From: Eledone cirrhosa | Lineage: Eukaryota | Direction of reading: 5' to 3' | DNA: 64,000 nt | Assembly (NCBI GenBank): GCA_964016885.1 | Contig: OZ024762.1 | Coordinates: forward strand, 21,576,001 to 21,640,000 | Shown here: piece after piece, positions 56,859 to 64,000 of the stretch | Layout: each line of letters begins with the position of its first letter | Position numbering within the stretch: the stretch's first letter is position 1 | Made by a program: the position numbers and the translations under genes | Notes under the pieces: model-generated | The model's database searches: none | Told to the model about the DNA's origin: nothing | What the model saw: the letters and a program-made list of their open reading frames with translations, nothing else

Positions 56859-58043
56859 GTATATATATATATATATATATGTATATGTATGTATGTAAGT
56901 ATATATGTATATGTGTATATATGTATGTTTGTATGTATATATGTATGTAAGTATTTATATTTATATATATACATATAAATGTATACACACTCATATGTAT
57001 ATATATGTTTGTGTGTATATATATATATATATATATATGCTTATACATATGTATATATACGTGCTTCTGTGTGTGTGTGTGTGTGTGTATAGACGGTGAA
57101 CTTAAGATTCATTGGGAAATTGTTTAATGTAGCCCTCCCAACGCAAGTGACCATTATACTAGTCTGTCAGTCTCAGAGATTGGATATATACATATTATAT
57201 TAGACTCTAAGACTTAGAGGATATGTATGTATGGTCCTAGGACACCTGGTGGAGTCATAGGGGTGATGTAATAACAAACGGTGTGTGTTGGGCACTTTAA
57301 ACCTGGCAGACTAGATCCTTTCTTCCTTCAGGTTTGAACTCAGCCGATTTCTTCGTTGGGGAGAGAAAGTAAGCGATAGAGAGGAAGTGATAAAGAGATA
57401 CAGAGGAAGAATCAACCCCAGTATTAAACTGGTACTTTATTGTTTTCATCCACATTAAAATGATGAAAAGCAAAGTTAACTACGGCAGAGAACCGGGACA
57501 TACTGTAAAGCCTATTCTATCCGACCTTTTGACGTTCTCTTCGACAATTCACCGCTCTTAGGGTGTGATTTAAGGGTTTAAGGGTTGTTTGGCAACTATT
57601 TCTGTGTAGAAGCTCCCACGTCAACTCATTACGATTTATAAATTCGAACCACGCCAAGGAAAGGAGGAATAGTTTCGAATGATCTATGGCAGATTTTTTT
57701 TTACATTAAAACTTCCTTTAGTTCTCTCTCTCTCTCCTTTTCTCTCTGACTCCCCTTTTTCACTCTCCCTCTGACTCGCCCTCTCACGTTCTCTCTCTCT
57801 CCTTCTGACCTGCCCCTCTCACTTTCTCTCTGACTCCCCCTCTCACGTTCTCTCACTCTCCCTCTGACTCCCCGTCTCACGTTCTCTCACTCTCCTTCTG
57901 ACCTGCCCCTCTCACTTTCTCCCTCTTGTATTCATCTTATATTTTACACATCACTTCTCTCTCCCCAGCGACCAGTCCATCCGTGTTCGATCGCTCTCTC
58001 TTTCTCACTCTCCCCTCTCTTGATGTATAGACATATAGAGCGA

Positions 58044-58120
58044 CAGGGTGTCCCAAAAATGTATACACACTTCAAAAGCATTCTAATAAAAGTCTGTATA
58101 CATTATTTGGAGACACCCTG
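58044..58120. mobile_element. Tc1/mariner-type mini-MITE
   Basis: TIRs cagggtgtcccaaaaatgtatacacactt / aagtctgtatacattatttggagacaccctg-ta. Confidence 0.75.
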
Positions 58121-58185
58121 TATATATATATATATATATGTATATATTAATATGTATGTGTATATACACACATATATATATATAC

Positions 58186-58219
<34 letters not shown>

Positions 58220-59219
58220 GGATACATATATGTATATATATATGTATATATATATATATATATAATGCACACATACATTTATATACACACTAGCCATACA
58301 CGATCCTATTTCTCTCCCTCTCTCTTGTTGTCAAACCACCAACTCCCCCTTCTATCTCTGTCTTCCCCTATCCCCCCTCTCTCTCGCTCCCTACAGCTAC
58401 CAAACCACAACACGTCCCTCTTCAGAGTCAGTTCACCAAAATCTATTTTCCCAGTACAAATTAAATAGACTTTCAGTCCTAATTTATCTATCTTGATGTG
58501 TAAAACTATGGCGTTTGTTTTCCTTCATTTTTTCCTGCATTTTTCCTTCATTTTTTCTTCATTTTTTCATCAAATTTTTTCCATAATTTTCTCTTTATAT
58601 TTTCCTTCATTTTTCTTTAATTTTTTTCCTTCATTATTTCCCTTATTTTTTCTTCATTTTTCCTTCATTTTTCTTCATTTTTTCTTTATATTTTCCTTCC
58701 CTTTTCCCTTCTTTTTTTTCATTTCTTTCTTCCTTTTTTCCTTCTTTGTTTGTCTTAACCAATCAATTAGATGATTTAAAACAAAATTTGAAATATTTAT
58801 GAAAACGTGTGTGGGTGTGTGTTCTGTGTGTGTATGTGTATATCTGTGTATGTGTGTTTGTGTGAATGCATGTGTGTGTTCGTGTGAATGTATGTGTGTT
58901 TGTGTGAATGTATGTCTGTGAATGTGTATTTTTGTAAGTGTGTGTGTGTTTGCACGTTTATATTTATATACTCATACCTATAAATGTATGCATATGCTCA
59001 TACACACACGTACACACATATAGACATATGCTATAGCGTGTTAAAAAAGTTCTTCTGTATGTAAAAAAGCCAGAACAAATACCGCAATGTCCACTATATT
59101 GGATGCTCTACCAATTCTTCCAATTTACCAACCTAGAAAGAATATTATATCAAACACACTATTGGGCTAAAATATCGTGGCCATATTGTCAGAATACGAA
59201 CAAATATCCTCATTCAATA

Positions 59220-59572
59220 CCTCATACATACATACACACATACATTCATACATACACACATACATACACACATACATTCATACATACATACACACATACA
59301 TACACACATACATTCATACATACATACATACATAAATACATAGATGCATACATACATACATACATACATACATACATACATACATACATACATACATACA
59401 TACATACACACATGCATACATACATACATACATACATACATAAATACATACATTCATACATACATACATACATACATACATACATACATACATACATACA
59501 TACATACATTCATACATACATACATACATACATACATACGTACGTACGTACGTACATACATACATACATACA

Positions 59573-59604
<32 letters not shown>

Positions 59605-59630
59605 CACATACATACACACATACATACATT
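59220..59630. repeat. (TACA)n tetranucleotide microsatellite
   Basis: Directly visible. Confidence 0.95.
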
Positions 59631-59940
59631 ACAAGGAAATATTAAAAGTACAATCCATTAATGAAACAGTATAAATATGTAAAACATTCTAAAAATTCTG
59701 CTTCTAATAATTGCATAAACACTTGTACAGATACAAAGCATATACACATGCACACATACAACTAAAAACATCCACATCCACACATACAATAACATCCACA
59801 ACTACACACGCATACATGCATGCATACATACATATCTACCTAGTTGATGTTGTGTAAATCTCAATGAGAAAGTCTTGTAACTATGTTAGAGACCGACTCT
59901 CTCTCAATTGACAAACATTTGTGAAATTATAAAACCAGAA

Positions 59941-59941
59941 G

Positions 59942-59984
<43 letters not shown>

Positions 59985-60600
59985 ACCGGCGGTCTCAGCC
60001 GAAATTGACTCAGCAATTTATTCCCACGTGAGTCTGTCATTGATTGTCGCTGCCAAATCATAGATTTCAATACCAGAATCTATGGAGATGACATCGGGAT
60101 AGAAGAGCTTGCGCCCCTTGTTATTAGTGACTGATTGTGGTTTCTAAAACACTAATGAGGACACAGCCTCATAGGTGGCACGATGGTAGTAGCCAGCAAA
60201 TCGAGATAGAAGAGCTTGCGCCCCCTTGTTAAGAGTGACTGATTGTGGTTTCTAAAACACTAATTATGACACAGCCTCATAGGTGGCACGACGGTAGTAC
60301 CCAGCAAATCGAGATAGAAGAGCTTGCGCGCCCTTCTTATTAGTGACTGCTTGTAGTTTCTAAAGCACTAATGAGGACAGAGCCTAATACGTGGCACGGC
60401 TGTAGTAGCCAGCAAATCTTACTCTCCTTTTAAGTACAACGACAGATATGCATGGGATGCCGGCATATATTTCTCTCAAAATCAGATGCCAGGTTATGTT
60501 CTGAATGCGTCGAAATAGGCGAGTGTAGGTGCCATCGAGGCGCTTTTGTTGTTTGGATGAAAGCGTCCATGTTTCATTTAGCAAGATTGGTTGAACTGTT
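59941..60600 (-). mobile_element. RTE-clade LINE 3' fragment with (GAT)n tail and a ~107-bp internal triplication
   Basis: QPILLNETWTLSSKQQKRLDGTYTRLFRRIQNITW...RRVRFAGY; repeated gatagaagagcttgcgcccc blocks; (CAT)n at 59943-59983. Confidence 0.8.
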
Positions 60601-60824
60601 ACATACACACAGACGTAATACTTAGATACATACATACATAATACATAATACATGCATAGATGCATACTTACATATATACATACATGTATGCATACATATA
60701 TGCATACATACATAAATGCATATACACATATTAATACATATATACGTACATACACACCACACATATATGTGTATATATATATATATATAATTAGAATTGG
60801 TGCTCTGAAATAGCGATATATATA

Positions 60825-61053
60825 TATGAATGTATATATAGTGTATTTTGCAATACACTGTATGCTTAATTAAAAGCATTTCGAAGACCTTACGCTATTG
60901 TTTTAGAGTAGTGACAGTCTCACTTACTTTAAATTTTCAGCAAACAGGAGAGATAAAGTAAGTAAACTCTCACTACTCTAAAACAATAGCGTAACGTCTT
61001 CGAAATGCTTTTAATTAAGCATACAGTGTATTGCAAAATACACTATATATACA

Positions 61054-61060
<7 letters not shown>
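60825..61060. repeat. ~107-bp-arm palindrome in TA-rich context with hammerhead 3' half
   Basis: Arms 60825-60931 / 60954-61060; GAAA tgctt-ttaatt-aagca TA cagtg at 61002-61028. Confidence 0.8.
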
Positions 61061-61097
<37 letters not shown>

Positions 61098-61899
61098 ACA
61101 TACATACATACATAAATTCGTACATACATACATGCATGCATACATACATACGTACATACATACATAGATACATAGAAACATACATACATAATACGTACAT
61201 ACATACATAGATACATACGTACATACATACATAGAATCATACAAACATACACACATACATACATACATACATACATACATACATACATACATACATGCGT
61301 ACATACTTACATACATACACTCTCACTCACAGATCGAATATAGCACGGTCAAGACAATAAAATGAAATATAAAAAGAAAACTAAAACATAATTAAAATAT
61401 AAAATAAAATAAAATAAATTAAAACAGAAAATAAAAACATGTCTACACTTGGATGGCAGATAGTAAACATGGCGGTTTGCAGGATATACAAATATAAAAT
61501 GTATATTTTATTTATTTATCAACTTATGTGTTTGTTTGTCCGTTCAGAAAGCAATAATTCTGTAAACATTAACTATAGAGTGCCGGCTTGTGTATGTAAA
61601 CAAATCGAACTTAGAAACACTTTGGAAAAAAATAAACCCACGTGGTTTAATTGATTTATTGAATTTTTTTTATTTTTTATTTTTTATTTTTATTTTTATT
61701 TTTATTTTTATTTTTATTTTTGTTGTTGTTTTTTTGCGAACAGATCTATGGAGGTTAGGAGGTAGAGAGGCAGTAATGGCGAAGCCAAATAAAGAGTAAA
61801 TAACTCATACTTTAATACAGATCTTTACAGAGACCAAAGATTCTAACAGACAATCGATTTCAATTTGTTGCTATATATGTATGTATGTACATACATATA

Positions 61900-61936
<37 letters not shown>

Positions 61937-62659
61937 GCATATATTTATATGTATGTGTATATATATATTAATACACACACATATACTTATATGCATGTAT
62001 CTGTGTATATATATGTATATATATATATATATATATATTCATACATACACACACACATATATATATATATATATACATACATATATATACACACACACAT
62101 ATATATATACATACATATATACATATACATATACTCACACATGTATATATATATATATATATATGCCCTTTGTATATATGTATATATATACAAAGGGCAA
62201 GGGAGCTCTTAAGAGTCAATAGCCATCCAAAATCACCGGGAGAGATGACCCCTTAGCCTTTGTCAAGGCAGAATTCTAGGAGAAGGAAAACTCTGATATA
62301 ACACCTGCAACCCTGATGGTATCCAATGATGTTGACTTGTTCTTCTTTTTGGTAAATATCATCTTGGTTAAGAGAGTGGGACTGGCTTTGTGCAGTGCCT
62401 TTGCTCACTATAAAAGCTTCACAGCACAGGCATTGCTTTATATCTGGAGATCTCTCTGCACTTGTCATCACATGGTACCATGGGCCCTGCACTATGTGTC
62501 AATAATGGTCACAAGTGTAGTCTTTGTACCAGAGTTTTCAAGTCGCTGGCTGGACTAAAAAGTCACATTCGTTCAGCGCATCGGTAGGGGTTCTCCTACA
62601 TGGATATAAAGTAGTGGCCGTACTCGAAAACGAGTTGGCAGCCACCATATATATATATA

Positions 62660-62794
<135 letters not shown>

Positions 62795-62894
62795 ATATAC
62801 ATATATATATATGCGGCATATCTCTAACCATTGCTACTAAAGAGTCCGACGTTTCGGCCATGTTTACTGAAGACGCCAGAAAATGTACATACAC

Positions 62895-62965
<71 letters not shown>

Positions 62966-63713
62966 CATATGTGTGTATGTCTGTGTGCGTATCTGTGTGT
63001 GTATCTTTGTGCTATATGTATATATCTAATACTATCTATATCCATATAGGCTGGAAAGATATTCTGATAGTTTTGGAGGGTTATGCTACCAATAAAAACA
63101 CACTCATCAGTTGAGTTTCCTTATCTTGTCTTTCAGAAACATCTACTAGTTTTCATGTTACTAATATCTGCTGATAATTACGAGAATTATCTTCATCAGG
63201 ACAGCTGAAATTATATGGATTCGATAATTCATTAACGTCAACTGCAATATCACTTTGGAATCTCATCAATCTCCTATAAACTATACAACGATCGATATTT
63301 TAATTATAAGATGACACTGAAACAATATAACTATTTGGTGAATATCTGTTGAACATAACAGATTTCTTTATCTAGAATATATCTTGAATATAATACCAGT
63401 CCTTTTTCTCAAACTTAACAAACAGAAATAAATCACTTCCAGCGCTTCTCCCTCTCCTTCTCTATTCTGTCCGCCGGGCCTGTGAGGAGGCCACCAATAT
63501 GATTGACTGACATGATGTATGGATGTGAAACGTGGACATTACACAAGAGTCAAATCAAATCACTACCTCTTGTATAATGATATCAGATTTAGGCACAAGG
63601 CCAATAATTTTGGAGGAGGGGAAGGTCAATTAAATCGACCGCAGTGAGTTATTTAAAGGTCATATACTTTTTTCTAATTTCTCAAACTATTTTCAGAGTT
63701 GGAGCTCATAAAA

Positions 63714-63912
63714 ATAATTGCTTCTACTTTTGGCTCAAGGCCAGCAATTACCCAGTGTATTACTTGGTACTTTATTTTATCGACCCCGTAAGGATGAAAG
63801 GCAAAGTGAACCTCGGCGGGACTTGAGGTTCACTATGCATTTCATCCTTACGGGGTCGATAAAATAAAGTACCAGTAATGCACTGGGGTTGTGCCAAAAG
63901 TAGAAACAATTA
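63714..63912. mobile_element. Two family 1 SINE halves fused as a fold-back
   Basis: Minus half 63714-63822 directly followed by plus half 63824-63912. Confidence 0.8.
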
Positions 63913-64000
63913 TTTTCATGAAGGATTGGCAGTATAGGCAGAAGATCGGAATTCCTCATGAAAATAATGATTTAGTTGCATGTACATAAATATGTCGGTG

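Noticed and set aside
63512-63548. MMYGCETWTLHK RTE-like peptide
   Set aside because: Only 12 codons; too short to list as a feature.

Overview
This is a repeat-dense, AT-rich eukaryotic intergenic or intronic window. It is probably cephalopod (octopus-like), inferred from the SINE families and the extreme (TA)n/(CA)n/(TACA)n/(CT)n load. I see no intact host protein-coding gene, and nearly all listed ORFs are microsatellite artefacts. It contains many tRNA-derived SINEs, 3' fragments of RTE LINEs, one restriction-like-endonuclease (CRE-type) retrotransposon fragment, a few DNA-transposon MITEs and several minisatellites born from SINE/LINE pieces. The main signal is dozens of 50-450 bp islands inside (TA)n tracts. 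At least nine fold by eye into complete type I hammerhead ribozymes of the Penelope-like element (PLE) kind, and many islands are snap-back palindromes. Sequence-unrelated island families share one layout: hammerhead, AATAAA, a fixed boundary, a TACTC...GAGTRC hairpin tail, then (TA)n. All folds and alignments were done by eye, and coordinates may be off by a few bases.
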